A DNA stretch of 64,000 nucleotides from Alphaproteobacteria bacterium (lineage in GTDB: Bacteria > Pseudomonadota > Alphaproteobacteria > UBA9219 > RGZA01). This document shows, one piece after another, positions 1 through 9,103 of the stretch. Position 1 is the first letter of the stretch; every line of letters begins with the position of its first letter. The stretch spans positions 2,030 to 66,029 of the forward strand of contig JANQEX010000077.1 in NCBI GenBank assembly GCA_028278105.1. Direction: 5' to 3'. Made by a program: the position numbers and the translations under genes. The notes beneath the pieces are model-generated. The model searched no databases. It had not been told where the DNA came from and worked only from the letters and a program-made list of their open reading frames with translations.

Positions 1-31
1 TAGGGTGTTGGGTGTTGGGGTGTTCGGGTAT

Positions 32-155
32 TAGGTTTAATGGACAATGACCAACACGAACATTCCCGCGCCCAGCTTCGCCTGCGGCACCGCCGAGGTC
101 TTGGCGCACCCGTCGCGCCGAAGCTTTGCGGAGGCGGACAAGCAGGGGCCGGGGT
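32..155. repeat. Partial MITE-A left arm fused to a REP2 palindromic element
   Basis: TAGGTTTAATGGACAATGACCAACACGAACATTCCCGC matches the left arm of the MITE-A copies at 3130, 11290 and 50070. The following ~85 bp (GCCCAGCTTCGCCTGCGGCACCGCCGAGG...GCGGAGGCGGACAAGCAGGGGCCGGGG) is the palindromic REP2 unit also seen at 11328, 42044-42465, 47196 and 50108. Confidence 0.6.
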
Positions 156-203
156 GAGAAGTTGTTTTTTTGAATGAAAAGCTTGTTTAATTGAGCCCAG
201 GCC

Positions 204-438
204 CTAGGTTCAATGGACAATTAAACTCAAGTCATTGAAAAGGCTAAATGAACATTCCGGGCAAGGTTGCGCAGCAACCGCGACCCGGAATCCAGTTTGT
301 TCCTGAAAATAAATGGGATTCCCGCTTCCCTGCTTCGCCTTCGGCTTCGCAGGGCGCACTTGCAAAAAGGCCCGGCGCAGCTTTAGCGTAGCCGGGTCGC
401 GGGAATGTTCGTGTTGGTAATTGTCCATTGAACCTAAG
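204..438. mobile_element. MITE-A copy (20-bp TIR CTAGGTTCAATGGACAATTA / TAATTGTCCATTGAACCTAG) with a REP3 palindrome inserted at the central hairpin apex
   Basis: Both terminal inverted repeats are present. The core is colinear with the 165-bp copy at 3130-3294 in reverse orientation. About 76 bp (TTCCCTGCTTCGCCTTCGGCTTCGCAGGGCGCACTTGCAAAAAGGCCCGGCGCAGCTTTAGCGTAGCCGGGTCGCGG) is inserted between GGGATTCCCGC and GGGAATGTTCG; the same unit occurs at 18782, 26227 and 42168. Confidence 0.75.
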
Positions 439-1564
439 GCTTGCAAAGAAAATCCTCAATTATATTCAGATAAATCCCGTGCAGCGCCTCCAGGTCGTCG
501 AGCGCGATATTTTCATCCACCTTGTGCGCGGTGGCGCCGGACGGCCCCAGCTCCAGCACGGGGCACAGCGCGCGGATAAAGCGGGCATCGGACGTGCCGC
601 CCGCCGTGCTCAGGACCGGCGCGCGGCCCGTCACCGCCTGGGCGGCCCGGCTGACGCGCGCGGCGAAGGCCGGGTCCTCGGTGACGAAAGGCTCGGTCCC
701 CGAATAAATTTTCAACTCGTGGCGCGCGCCGGATTCCCGGCACATCTTCTCCAGCCATTCCGAAAGGCCTTTGCCCGAATGGCGGTCGTTAAAGCGGATG
801 TTGACCCTGGCGGTGACCTTGGCGGGGATGACGTTATAGGCCGCGTTGCCGGTGTCGATTCCGGTCAGGACCAGGCGCGAAGGCTCGAAATGTTCCGTGC
901 CCCCGTCCAGCGGCGTGTCGTTCAGCCTTTGCAGCAGGGCCAGCATTTTCGGTACGGGATTGTCGGCAAGCTGGGGGTAGGCGCTGTGGCCTTGCGTGCC
1001 GTGCAGGGTGATGACGGCCGAGAGATTGCCCCGCCGGCCGTTCTTGATCGTCTCGCCCGCGAAGGAAGGGGCGGTGGGCTCGCCGACGATGCAATAGTCC
1101 GGTTTTTCGCCGCGTTCCTTCAGGACGCCGACCACCTTCGCCGTGCCGTCGATGGATTCGGCTTCCTCGTCGCCGGTGACAAGGTAGGAAAGCGAGCCGG
1201 ACGGGGCGGGGTTGTCTCTCAAAAAATCCACGCCCGCGCCGAGAAAGGCGGCCACCGCCGCTTTCATGTCCGAGGCGCCGCGGCCGTAAAGTTTTCCGCC
1301 GCGCAACGCGGGCTCGAAAGGCGGGCTGGTCCAGGCGGCCTCGTCGCCGGGCGGCACCACGTCCACATGCCCGGCGAAGCACAGATGCGGAGACCCTGTT
1401 CCGATGCGGGCGTAAAGATTTTCCACCACGCCGAAGCGCAGCCGCTCGATGCGAAACCCGTAAGGCTTGAGGAAATCCTCCACCACGCCCATCGCCCCGT
1501 CGTCGATGGGCGTCACGCTGCGGCAGGCGATCAGCGCCTGGGCAAGACGAAGAATTTCCGTCAT
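434..1564 (-). CDS. dapE: Succinyl-diaminopimelate desuccinylase (M20 peptidase family)
   Basis: 376-aa ORF with a DapE-like sequence throughout ([12 protein letters not shown], metal-binding His/Asp/Glu pattern, C-terminal dimerisation region). Adjacent to dapD, as usual. Confidence 0.85.
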   Translation of the reverse strand: MTEILRLAQALIACRSVTPIDDGAMGVVEDFLKPYGFRIERLRFGVVENLYARIGTGSPHLCFAGHVDVVPPGDEAAWTSPPFEPALRGGKLYGRGASDMKAAVAAFLGAGVDFLRDNPAPSGSLSYLVTGDEEAESIDGTAKVVGVLKERGEKPDYCIVGEPTAPSFAGETIKNGRRGNLSAVITLHGTQGHSAYPQLADNPVPKMLALLQRLNDTPLDGGTEHFEPSRLVLTGIDTGNAAYNVIPAKVTARVNIRFNDRHSGKGLSEWLEKMCRESGARHELKIYSGTEPFVTEDPAFAARVSRAAQAVTGRAPVLSTAGGTSDARFIRALCPVLELGPSGATAHKVDENIALDDLEALHGIYLNIIEDFLCKP

Positions 1565-2421
1565 GCCACCCCGGCCTCGCGCAGCAATTCGTTGATCGAG
1601 GTCTTGGCGCGCGTTTTGGCGTCCACCCGCTTGACGATCACGGCGCAGGAAAGGGCGGGGCCGGGCGCGCCGTCCTTCATGGGCTTGCCGGGCAGGGCGC
1701 CGGGAACCACCACCGCGCCGGCGGGTACGCGGCCGGTGAACACCTCGCCCGTCTCGCGGTCGATGATTTTGCTTGATGCGCCCAGGAACACGCCCATGGA
1801 AAGCACCGCGCCCTGTTCCACGATCATGCCTTCGGCCACTTCGGCGCGCGCGCCGATGAAGCAGCCGTCCTCGATAATCACGGGCGTTGCCTGCAAGGGC
1901 TCCAGCACGCCGCCGATGCCCGCGCCGCCGGAGACATGGACGTTCCTGCCGATCTGCGCGCAGGAGCCCACGGTGGCCCAGGTGTCGATCATCGTGCCTT
2001 CGTCGACGCGCGCGCCCACATTGACGAAACAGGGCATCAGCACCGCGTTTCCGGCGATATAGGCCGAATGGCGCACCACGCAGCCCGGCACGGCGCGGAA
2101 GCCCGCGCCGCGAAACTGCTCCTCGTCCCAGTACTGGAACTTGCTGGGAATCTTGTCGAACCAGTGCCCGCCGTTCGGCGCGCCGGAGATGCGCGCGCTC
2201 TCATGCAGGCGGAAGGACAGCAGGATGCCTTTCTTGATCCATTGATGGGTGACCCAGCCGGTTGCCGTCTTTTCGGCGATGCGCAAGACGCCGGCGTCCA
2301 GGTCGTTCATCAGTTGCAGGACGGCGCGGCGGTAATCGCTTTCGTCGCGCAGCGGCAGGGTTTCGCGGTTGTCCCAGGCGTGATCAATCAGGCTTTCCAG
2401 TCGGGATGTCTCGAAGCTCAT
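1561..2421 (-). CDS. dapD: 2,3,4,5-tetrahydropyridine-2,6-dicarboxylate N-succinyltransferase
   Basis: 286-aa ORF with hexapeptide-repeat left-handed beta-helix motifs ([23 protein letters not shown]...) and a DapD-type N-terminal domain. Overlaps the dapE start by 4 nt. Confidence 0.85.
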   Translation of the reverse strand: MSFETSRLESLIDHAWDNRETLPLRDESDYRRAVLQLMNDLDAGVLRIAEKTATGWVTHQWIKKGILLSFRLHESARISGAPNGGHWFDKIPSKFQYWDEEQFRGAGFRAVPGCVVRHSAYIAGNAVLMPCFVNVGARVDEGTMIDTWATVGSCAQIGRNVHVSGGAGIGGVLEPLQATPVIIEDGCFIGARAEVAEGMIVEQGAVLSMGVFLGASSKIIDRETGEVFTGRVPAGAVVVPGALPGKPMKDGAPGPALSCAVIVKRVDAKTRAKTSINELLREAGVA

Positions 2422-3098
2422 GCGGCTCTCTTGGTCAGGTTTTCCAGGAAAGGGATTAAATCATTGGTGGCGTAATGGCAATGCGGGTAATGATGCGCCG
2501 GAAGGGGCGTGGTTTTCTGCCAGGCCGCTTCGTGCCGCAGCCAGAGGGTTTTCATGCCCAGACGCGCCGCCGTTTCGAGATTACGCTCCATGTCGTCCAC
2601 CATGCAACAGGAGGCCGGGTCAAGCGCGTATTTGGCGATCAGGGCGCGGTAGGGGCCTTCATCGGGCTTGCAGACATAGTTTGCATCCTCAATGCCGAAA
2701 ATATCCGAAAAGCGGAAGGAGACGCCAAGGCGTTCCAGAATCCGCCTGGCATGTTTCCGGTCGGCATTGGTGAAGACGACTTTTTCGCCGGGCAGGGCGG
2801 CAAGGGCCGCTTCCAGACGCGGCGCGGGGCCGATGGCGGCCAGATCGACATCATGCACGAAATCCATGAATTCATGCGGGTCCACGCCGTGCTCCAGCAT
2901 CAGCCCGCGCATGGTGGTGCCGTGGGCGTGGAAATAGTGCTCGCGCAGCCGCTCGGCCTCTTCCCGCGCGACGCTGAAGGCCTGCGCAATATACGCCGCC
3001 ATGCGCCGGTGCATTTGCGGGAAAATCGCCGCATGCGGCGAGTAAAGCGTATTGTCCAGATCGAAAAGCCAGGTGGTGATGCGATGAAGCGGGGTCAT
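2418..3098 (-). CDS. HAD-superfamily hydrolase (pyrimidine 5'-nucleotidase-like)
   Basis: DLDNTLY HAD motif I lies near the N-terminus, with the later HAD motifs ([19 protein letters not shown]). The track ORF runs to 3146, but that would read into the MITE at 3130. The start was chosen at ATG 3098 ([19 protein letters not shown]). Confidence 0.7.
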   Translation of the reverse strand: MTPLHRITTWLFDLDNTLYSPHAAIFPQMHRRMAAYIAQAFSVAREEAERLREHYFHAHGTTMRGLMLEHGVDPHEFMDFVHDVDLAAIGPAPRLEAALAALPGEKVVFTNADRKHARRILERLGVSFRFSDIFGIEDANYVCKPDEGPYRALIAKYALDPASCCMVDDMERNLETAARLGMKTLWLRHEAAWQKTTPLPAHHYPHCHYATNDLIPFLENLTKRAA

Positions 3099-3129
3099 GG
3101 CCAATGCCGGCGTAGCCGTCCAGTGTGCG

Positions 3130-3294
3130 CTAGGTTCAATGGACAATTACCAACACGAACATTCCCGCGAAAGCGGGAATCCCATTTATTTTCAAGAACA
3201 AACTGGATTCCGGGTCGCGGTTGCTGCGCAACCTTGCCCGGAATGTTCATTTAGTCTTTTCAATGACTTGAGTTTAATTGTCCATTGAACCTAG
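3130..3294. mobile_element. MITE-A, 165-bp reference copy without insert
   Basis: Perfect 20-bp TIRs CTAGGTTCAATGGACAATTA...TAATTGTCCATTGAACCTAG. Internal arms pair as a long hairpin (GAACATTCCCGCGAAAGCGGGAATCCC at the apex). The same unit recurs at 204, 11290, 20990, 50070 and 54396. Confidence 0.85.
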
Positions 3295-4268
3295 CGGGAA
3301 AAATGCTCGAACCATTTAATGATGCCAGCTTTATCCATGCTGTTCGAGAGCATCAGCATCAAGGCAAGCCGCGCCTGGCGGGCATTCAGCCATCCTGAGG
3401 GAATGAGGCCGCGTTCGATCAGGTCCGGCTCGCTGCCGGGGTAGGTGTAGCTGGCCTGGAAGGTCTCGCCCTGCCCCGCGCGGCTGCTGAAAAGCACCGG
3501 CATGCGGGCGGCCAAGGGTTCAAGTTGGGACAGAACCGCCATGGAAATATGACCGACACCGGTGCTGTTAAGGACAATGCCATCCATATCGTCGCGCGCG
3601 AAGGCCGCGATCAGGCCGGGCTCGAAATTCAGCCCGGTCTCGATGAGTGGAACCACCGGACGGCGCTTGCCGAGAGTCAGCCGTGGCGGAGTCAGGGCCG
3701 GTTGAAGAAACAGGCGCGCGCGATTTTCCGCAACCCATCCCAGCGGGCCGAGCGAAGCGAACGCGCTGGGCAGGAAGCTGTGCGCCTTCCGCACGAAAAG
3801 CGCGGAATGTATTTCATCATTCATCACCACAAGCACGCCCTTGCCGCGCGCGGCTGGCGCGGCGGCGGTCTTGCAGGCGGCAAGGATGTTGGCGGGGCCG
3901 TCCGCGCCCGGCAGGTCAGCCCGGCGCATCGCGCCGGTCAGCACGACGGGCTTTTCCGTTTCAAGAAGCAGCGCCAGGGCAAAAGCGGTTTCCTCCAGCG
4001 TGTCGGTGCCGTGGGTGATGACGATGCCGCCGGACTCCGCAAGGGCCTTGTTTATGGCCGCCACGAGCCGCGACAGATCATCCAGGGTCAGGCTGGCGCT
4101 TGGCTTGGCGAGGACCTCTCCCCCCGTTACATCCGCAACGCCGGCAAGGGAGGGAATGGATTCAAGCAGTCTCTCCACGCCAAGCGCCGGCATGCCGTCT
4201 TTTGCTCCGGCCTGTATGGCGATGGTGCCGCCGGTGGTCAGGATCGTGATTTTCGGCCTTGGGATCAT
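3291..4268 (-). CDS. L-asparaginase
   Basis: 325-aa ORF with the asparaginase N-terminal threonine motif (ILTTGGTIA) and HGTDTLEETAFAL. The stop codon TAG is supplied by the terminal CTAG of the MITE at 3291-3294. Confidence 0.8.
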   Translation of the reverse strand: MIPRPKITILTTGGTIAIQAGAKDGMPALGVERLLESIPSLAGVADVTGGEVLAKPSASLTLDDLSRLVAAINKALAESGGIVITHGTDTLEETAFALALLLETEKPVVLTGAMRRADLPGADGPANILAACKTAAAPAARGKGVLVVMNDEIHSALFVRKAHSFLPSAFASLGPLGWVAENRARLFLQPALTPPRLTLGKRRPVVPLIETGLNFEPGLIAAFARDDMDGIVLNSTGVGHISMAVLSQLEPLAARMPVLFSSRAGQGETFQASYTYPGSEPDLIERGLIPSGWLNARQARLALMLMLSNSMDKAGIIKWFEHFSR

Positions 4269-4283
4269 TTCCTGGTTCTTGTC

Positions 4284-5165
4284 TCAGGGCGTGTCGCTAA
4301 TCAGCGTGCCGGTGCCTTCCGGCGTGAGCAGTTCCAAAAGTACGCTGTGCGGATCGCGTCCGTTGAGAATGACCGCGCCTTTCACGCCGCCTTTCACGGC
4401 GTCGATGCAGGTTTGCAGCTTGGGGATCATGCCGTCCGTGGCGACGCCGTTGTCGATGGCGGCCTGCGCGTCGGCCATGGACAGTTCGGGGATCAGCTTC
4501 CTGTCCGGGTCCATCAGCCCGTCCACGTCGGTCAGCAGCAAAAAACGCACGGCTTTCAGCGCGGCGGCGATGGCGCCGGCCGCGTGATCGGCGTTGATGT
4601 TCAGCGTCTGGCCGCTTTCGTCCACCGCCACCGGGGCGACGACCGGGATGGCGTCCTCCTCCACGATCTTGCGCAGGATATAGGGGTTCACCCAAACCGG
4701 CTCGCCCACCATGCCGAGATCCACCCCGCCCGGCAGGACCTTGCGCGCGGTGATCAGGTTGCCGTCCTTGCCCGAAAGGCCGAAGGCCACGCCGCCCGCG
4801 TTGCGGATGCCCTGCACCAGCTCCTTGTTCACCTTGCCGGACAGGACCATTTCCACCACTTCCATGGTGGCGGGGCCGGTCACGCGCAGACCGCCCTTGA
4901 ATTCGCTTTTGATGTCCAGCCGCTCCAGCATGGCGTCGATCTGCGGCCCGCCGCCATGGACGATGACGGGGTTGATGCCCACCTGCTTCAGCAGCACCAT
5001 GTCGCGGGCGAAGCGCAGGGCGGTCTCGCCGTCGTCCATGGCGTGGCCGCCATACTTGATGACGAAATACTGGCCGCGATAGCGCCGCAGGAAAGGCAGC
5101 GCCTCCGCCAGAATGCGGGCGATTTTTTCCCAGCCGTTTTTCTTGGTGCGGGCGTCGATTTTCAT
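4284..5165 (-). CDS. argB: Acetylglutamate kinase
   Basis: 293-aa ORF with amino-acid-kinase family motifs (VIKYGG, VHGGGPQI) and ArgB-like architecture throughout. Confidence 0.85.
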   Translation of the reverse strand: MKIDARTKKNGWEKIARILAEALPFLRRYRGQYFVIKYGGHAMDDGETALRFARDMVLLKQVGINPVIVHGGGPQIDAMLERLDIKSEFKGGLRVTGPATMEVVEMVLSGKVNKELVQGIRNAGGVAFGLSGKDGNLITARKVLPGGVDLGMVGEPVWVNPYILRKIVEEDAIPVVAPVAVDESGQTLNINADHAAGAIAAALKAVRFLLLTDVDGLMDPDRKLIPELSMADAQAAIDNGVATDGMIPKLQTCIDAVKGGVKGAVILNGRDPHSVLLELLTPEGTGTLISDTP

Positions 5166-5360
5166 TGGAGCGCGATCGTTTCAGGCTGAAGCGATCCGCT
5201 TCAGCCTGAAACGTGAATCGCCTCTAAAAACAAAAAAACCGGAGCGCGGTCCGTTCGTCGCATGAATCCAGTCCGGCCGGCCGGCGCTCCGGCGTATCCA
5301 AGCCGGTTTTCGGGGGTGATTCAAGGGAGAAGCCCGCGGAAATGCTTTCAGGTCCGATAA

Positions 5361-5449
5361 CAGGGTCTCAAGGGGCGCAAGGGTCATGAGGGTCTTTCTT
5401 ATTGACCCCATTGACCCTGTTGACCCTTCCGACCCTCTTGCAAGACCCC
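5361..5449. repeat. Family-4 palindromic heptamer array ((A/G)GGGTCA xN facing TGACCC(T) xN)
   Basis: CAGGGTCTCAAGGGGCGCAAGGGTCATGAGGGTC...ATTGACCCCATTGACCCTGTTGACCCTTCCGACCCTC. The same architecture is seen at 33189, 40325, 46172 and 49852. Confidence 0.7.
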
Positions 5450-5521
5450 ACTCCTTGATCCCCTCCCTTCCGCCTCCGCTCTGCAAGTTATGACGGGCGA
5501 GCTTCCTCACTCAGCGTCGGC

Positions 5522-6142
5522 CTATAAGCTCCGCGCCAGAAACAGCTTGAGTCCGGCAAGGCCGGTCCCCTTTTCGGCGCTGGTGGCGAACACGTCCGGC
5601 CAGGCGGGGGCGCATTTTTCAAGTTCGGGCAGAAGGGCCGTTTTGGCCGCGTCCACCTGCTTTGCGGCCAGCTTGTCGCATTTGGTCAACACGGCGGCGA
5701 AAGGCACGGCATGGGCGGCGAGCTTTTTCATGAATTCCCGGTCGGCCTCCATCAGCCCCCGCCGCGCGTCGATCAGAAGGCACAGGCGGCGCAGATGGGG
5801 CCGCTCGCGCAAATAATGATCAATGAGGGCGTGCCAGGCGGCGATCTTGCGCGGGGCGGCCTTGGCGAAGCCATAGCCCGGCATGTCCACCAGCATCAGC
5901 CGGTCGCCCAGGCGGAAAAACAAAAGCTCCTGCGTGCGTCCCGGCGTGGTGGAGGTGCGGGCGATTTTCCTGCGCGTCAGGGCGTTGATCAGGCTCGACT
6001 TGCCCACATTCGAGCGGCCGATAAAGGCGATTTCCGGGAAAGGCGCCGGGGGGATGGAAGAAGCGCCGCCGGCGCCCGCGACGAAAACCGCTTCCCCCGC
6101 AAAGAGGCTTTCCGCCTTTTTTGGGGAGACGTCCCCGGTCAT
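5522..6142 (-). CDS. engB: Ribosome biogenesis GTP-binding protein YsxC/EngB
   Basis: 206-aa ORF with a GTPase G1 motif (GRSNVGKSS) and DMPGYG. Its position between yidC and argB is typical. Confidence 0.85.
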   Translation of the reverse strand: MTGDVSPKKAESLFAGEAVFVAGAGGASSIPPAPFPEIAFIGRSNVGKSSLINALTRRKIARTSTTPGRTQELLFFRLGDRLMLVDMPGYGFAKAAPRKIAAWHALIDHYLRERPHLRRLCLLIDARRGLMEADREFMKKLAAHAVPFAAVLTKCDKLAAKQVDAAKTALLPELEKCAPAWPDVFATSAEKGTGLAGLKLFLARSL

Positions 6143-7842
6143 TTTCCCGCCGCCGCGGGCCGGATGCGGTGCTTGATGAGCGTTTGCTGGGCGATGGCCA
6201 GGATATTGCTGAAAGTCCAGTACAGCACCAGCCCGGCGGACATGTTCGCCAGCAGGAAGGTGAACATGACCGGCATGAGATTGAAAATCTGCTGGGTGGT
6301 TTTGTCGCCGGGCGGAGGGCTCAGCTTTTGCTGGATGTACATGGTGACGCCCATCAGGAGCGGCAGCGCGCCCAGATGCAGCCAGGCCGGCGTCGTGAAG
6401 GGCAGCAGGCCGAACAGGTTGAAGAGGTTGCTGGGATCGGGCGCGGAAAGGTCGCGGATCCAGCCGTAAAACGGCGCGTGGCGCATTTCAATCGACACGA
6501 GCAGCACCTTGTACAGCGCGAAGAACACCGGAATCTGGATCAGCATGGGCAGGCAGCCCGCGAGCGGGTTCAGCTTTTCCTTTTTATAGAGAGCCGTCAC
6601 GGCCTCGTTCATTTTCGCGGGATCGTTGCCGTGGCTCTCTTTCAGCTTCTGCATTTCGGGCTGAAGGGCCTTCATGCGCTCCATGGTGCGGTACGAGGTT
6701 TCCGACATGGGATAGAACACCGCGCGCAGCGCGATGGTGAAGACGATGATCGCAAGCCCGTAATTGCCAAGGAAGCGGTACAGGAAATCCAGAATCTGGA
6801 AAAAGGGCTTGGTGATGAAATAGAACCAGCCGAAATCGATGGCGCGGTCGAACATCGGGGCGCGCAGCGTTTCCATGTAGGCGTCCAGCACCGCCACCTC
6901 CTTGGCGCCGGCGAAGAAATGAAACGTGCTTTCGGCCGCGCCGCCCGCGGGCACGGTCACGGACGCCTTGCGCATGTCGGTCTGGTAGCGCCCGGTCCCG
7001 CCCTCGGCATAGAGGAACCGCCCGGTGATTTTGTCCTCCGGCCCGGCCATCAGGGCGGCCAGCCAGTAGATGTCGGTTATGCCGAGCCAGCCGCCGGTGG
7101 ACTCTTCCTTGAAAAGGGGGACCTCATGCAGTTTCTTGTAGGTTTCCTCGTGCAAGGTGCCGCCCAGAACGCCCAGCAGCCCTTCATGCAGGGTGTAAAA
7201 GCCGAGCGTGCGCGGCGTGCCGTGCCGCGAGATCAGCGCGAAAGGGGAAAGCGTCACCGGCTCGCCCATGGCGTTGCGCACCTTTTCGGTGACGGTGAAG
7301 ACGTAATTGTCGTCCAGAGAAATGCTGCGTGCGAAGCTGAGCCCCGCGCCATTGTCCCAGCGCAGGGTGACGGGCTTTCCCGGCCCCAGCCGGCCGGACG
7401 ATGTTTGCCACACGCTGTCGGCGTCGGGAAGGCGCGGACCGCCTTGCGCGCCCAGCCAGCCGAATTCGGCATAATAGGCGCTGTGCGGCGGCTCCGATCC
7501 CGTGGGCGACAAAAGGGTGATGGGCGGGCTGCCGGGCTCGATGGTTTCGCGGAAGTTGCTGAGGATCAGGTCGTCCACCCGCGCGCCGCGCAGGTTGATC
7601 GAGCCGCGGATCTTGTCATTGGCGAAGGGCAGCCTTTGGCCGGCCTTCAGGGCTTCGGCGCGCGGACGCAGGCGCGCGGGCGCGGAGGCGGCCACCGGCG
7701 CCGTGTCCGTTCCCAGGGCCTGAACGGCCTCGGTGCGGGCCTGCTGGGCTTTCTGGCGCGGCACTTCGTAAAACCAGTGCCAGCCCATGAGAATCCCGAT
7801 GGAAAGCGCGATGGCGATGAAGAAATTGGCGTTGTCGTTCAT
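6139..7842 (-). CDS. yidC: Membrane protein insertase YidC
   Basis: 567-aa ORF with an N-terminal TM segment, a large periplasmic domain and C-terminal five-TM core (conserved PMLIQIPVFFALY). Follows yidD and rnpA. Confidence 0.9.
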   Translation of the reverse strand: MNDNANFFIAIALSIGILMGWHWFYEVPRQKAQQARTEAVQALGTDTAPVAASAPARLRPRAEALKAGQRLPFANDKIRGSINLRGARVDDLILSNFRETIEPGSPPITLLSPTGSEPPHSAYYAEFGWLGAQGGPRLPDADSVWQTSSGRLGPGKPVTLRWDNGAGLSFARSISLDDNYVFTVTEKVRNAMGEPVTLSPFALISRHGTPRTLGFYTLHEGLLGVLGGTLHEETYKKLHEVPLFKEESTGGWLGITDIYWLAALMAGPEDKITGRFLYAEGGTGRYQTDMRKASVTVPAGGAAESTFHFFAGAKEVAVLDAYMETLRAPMFDRAIDFGWFYFITKPFFQILDFLYRFLGNYGLAIIVFTIALRAVFYPMSETSYRTMERMKALQPEMQKLKESHGNDPAKMNEAVTALYKKEKLNPLAGCLPMLIQIPVFFALYKVLLVSIEMRHAPFYGWIRDLSAPDPSNLFNLFGLLPFTTPAWLHLGALPLLMGVTMYIQQKLSPPPGDKTTQQIFNLMPVMFTFLLANMSAGLVLYWTFSNILAIAQQTLIKHRIRPAAAGK

Positions 7843-8111
7843 GGGGAAATTTTTTGGCGGTGTGAGCTTCTATCACAGGGCGGCACGGGGTCAAAACCCC
7901 ATCCGCCCCAGGGGTGGCAGCGGCCGAGGCGCTTGACGGCCAGAACGGTTCCGCGCAGGAAACCATGCCGGCGCAGGGCTTCCTGGGCATAGGCCGCGCA
8001 GCTCGGCTCGAACCGGCAGGCGTGGCCCAGCAAGGGCGAAAGCGTCCAGCGGTAAAGCTGGATCAGGCCGATGGTTACGTTTTTTGGCAGTGAATGGAGG
8101 AATTCGGGCAT
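7839..8111 (-). CDS. yidD: Membrane protein insertion efficiency factor YidD
   Basis: Conserved YidD motif LIQLYRWTLSPLLGHACRFEPSCAAYAQEALRRHG...RCHPWGG. The track ORF starts at 8135, but the internal ATG at 8111 gives the usual ~90-aa length. Confidence 0.75.
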   Translation of the reverse strand: MPEFLHSLPKNVTIGLIQLYRWTLSPLLGHACRFEPSCAAYAQEALRRHGFLRGTVLAVKRLGRCHPWGGWGFDPVPPCDRSSHRQKISP

Positions 8112-8173
8112 TTGTCTCGTTTCTCGTGCCGTCATTGCAAGGAGGCCCGAAGGCCCGGCGAGGCAATCCGGGG

Positions 8174-8593
8174 CTATGATTTTCTGGGTGGCTTCTCTTT
8201 GGATTGTTTCGCTCCGCCTTTGACCGGGCTCGCAAGGATGCGATCCTCAAGACATGAAAGTTTCTTCAGCGCTTTCTCAAGATCACGATGCATCGCCCGG
8301 AAATTCCTTGTTACCGCGCCGGGGCGCGCGACCAGAACATAATCGCCCGCCTTTGCTTTTGGCAGGACTTTTTCGGCCACGGCCCGCAAGCGCCGCCGGG
8401 CGCGATTGCGAATCACGGCGCCGCCCAGTTTTTTTGTTGCGGTCAGGCCATAGCGCGGCATTTTGGAAGCGGCCCGGCCGGTGAATTGAAGAATAAAGGC
8501 CGGGCCGGGCGCGCGGGCACCTTTCGCGGCCTTGAGGAATTCAGCCCGCTTTCGCAGGCGGGGAAGATGGAATGATTTCTTGCGCTTTGGCAC
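8174..8593 (-). CDS. rnpA: Ribonuclease P protein component
   Basis: 139-aa basic ORF whose N-terminus (LPRLRKRAEFLKA...) resembles RnpA. It starts 5 nt after the rpmH stop in the classic rpmH-rnpA-yidD-yidC arrangement. Confidence 0.75.
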   Translation of the reverse strand: MPKRKKSFHLPRLRKRAEFLKAAKGARAPGPAFILQFTGRAASKMPRYGLTATKKLGGAVIRNRARRRLRAVAEKVLPKAKAGDYVLVARPGAVTRNFRAMHRDLEKALKKLSCLEDRILASPVKGGAKQSKEKPPRKS

Positions 8594-8597
8594 GGAT

Positions 8598-8732
8598 TCA
8601 GGCGGACAGACGCTTGCGGCCCCTGGCGCGGCGGCGGGCGATCACCTTCCGGCCGGTTTTTGTCTTCATGCGGGCGCGCCATCCGTGGCGGCGTTTGCGA
8701 ACCAGGCGGCTCGGCTGATAGGTGCGTTTCAT
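8598..8732 (-). CDS. rpmH: 50S ribosomal protein L34
   Basis: Translated by hand: [44 protein letters not shown] (44 aa), the canonical L34 sequence. It is too short for the ORF track. Confidence 0.9.
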   Translation of the reverse strand: MKRTYQPSRLVRKRRHGWRARMKTKTGRKVIARRRARGRKRLSA

Positions 8733-8869
8733 GACAAACCTGTATTTTCTTCTTTATGAAGCCCCAGCTTTTAATGGAACAAAGGCGGAAAAGTCAAGAA
8801 ACGATTGGTTCTTGCCGCATTCCCGACTTTGGGCGATAAAGCGGCTGTCCGTTCGTTAAGGGAGGCTCC

Positions 8870-9070
8870 ATGCTTGCCGGTCCGTGGCGTTGGATTTCCG
8901 TCGTTCTGCTGGCGGGCGCGGGGATCGGGGGACTGTTCTACGCCGCGAAGGGCGGCACGGAAGACGCCGCCACCATGGGCCTGGGCCTGTTCGTCATCGC
9001 CCTTGCCTGGATCGCGGTCATCATTCGCCGTGGCTGCGACGCGGCCGATGCGGCGGTGTCCACGAAATAA
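8870..9070 (+). CDS. Small hypothetical membrane protein (two predicted TM helices)
   Basis: 66-aa ORF preceded by a good RBS (AAGGGAGGCTCC ATG), with two hydrophobic stretches. No recognisable family. Confidence 0.45.
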   Translation: MLAGPWRWISVVLLAGAGIGGLFYAAKGGTEDAATMGLGLFVIALAWIAVIIRRGCDAADAAVSTK

Positions 9071-9103
9071 GCCGTCACCTGCAAACCAGAGGGGAAAATC
9101 GTC

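Noticed and set aside
210-446. Short ORFs inside MITE-A copies (also 3097-3288, 11189-11536, 21006-21356, 54421-54618)
   Set aside because: The same peptide (MDNYQHEHSR...) recurs because the ORFs are translations of the repeated element in different contexts; they lack RBSs and their ends coincide with element boundaries.
428-2062. 544-aa plus-strand ORF
   Set aside because: Antisense to dapE and dapD.
3525-5189. 554-aa plus-strand ORF
   Set aside because: Antisense to the asparaginase and argB genes; spans two real genes and an intergenic region.
6121-7992. 623-aa plus-strand ORF
   Set aside because: Antisense to yidC/yidD.
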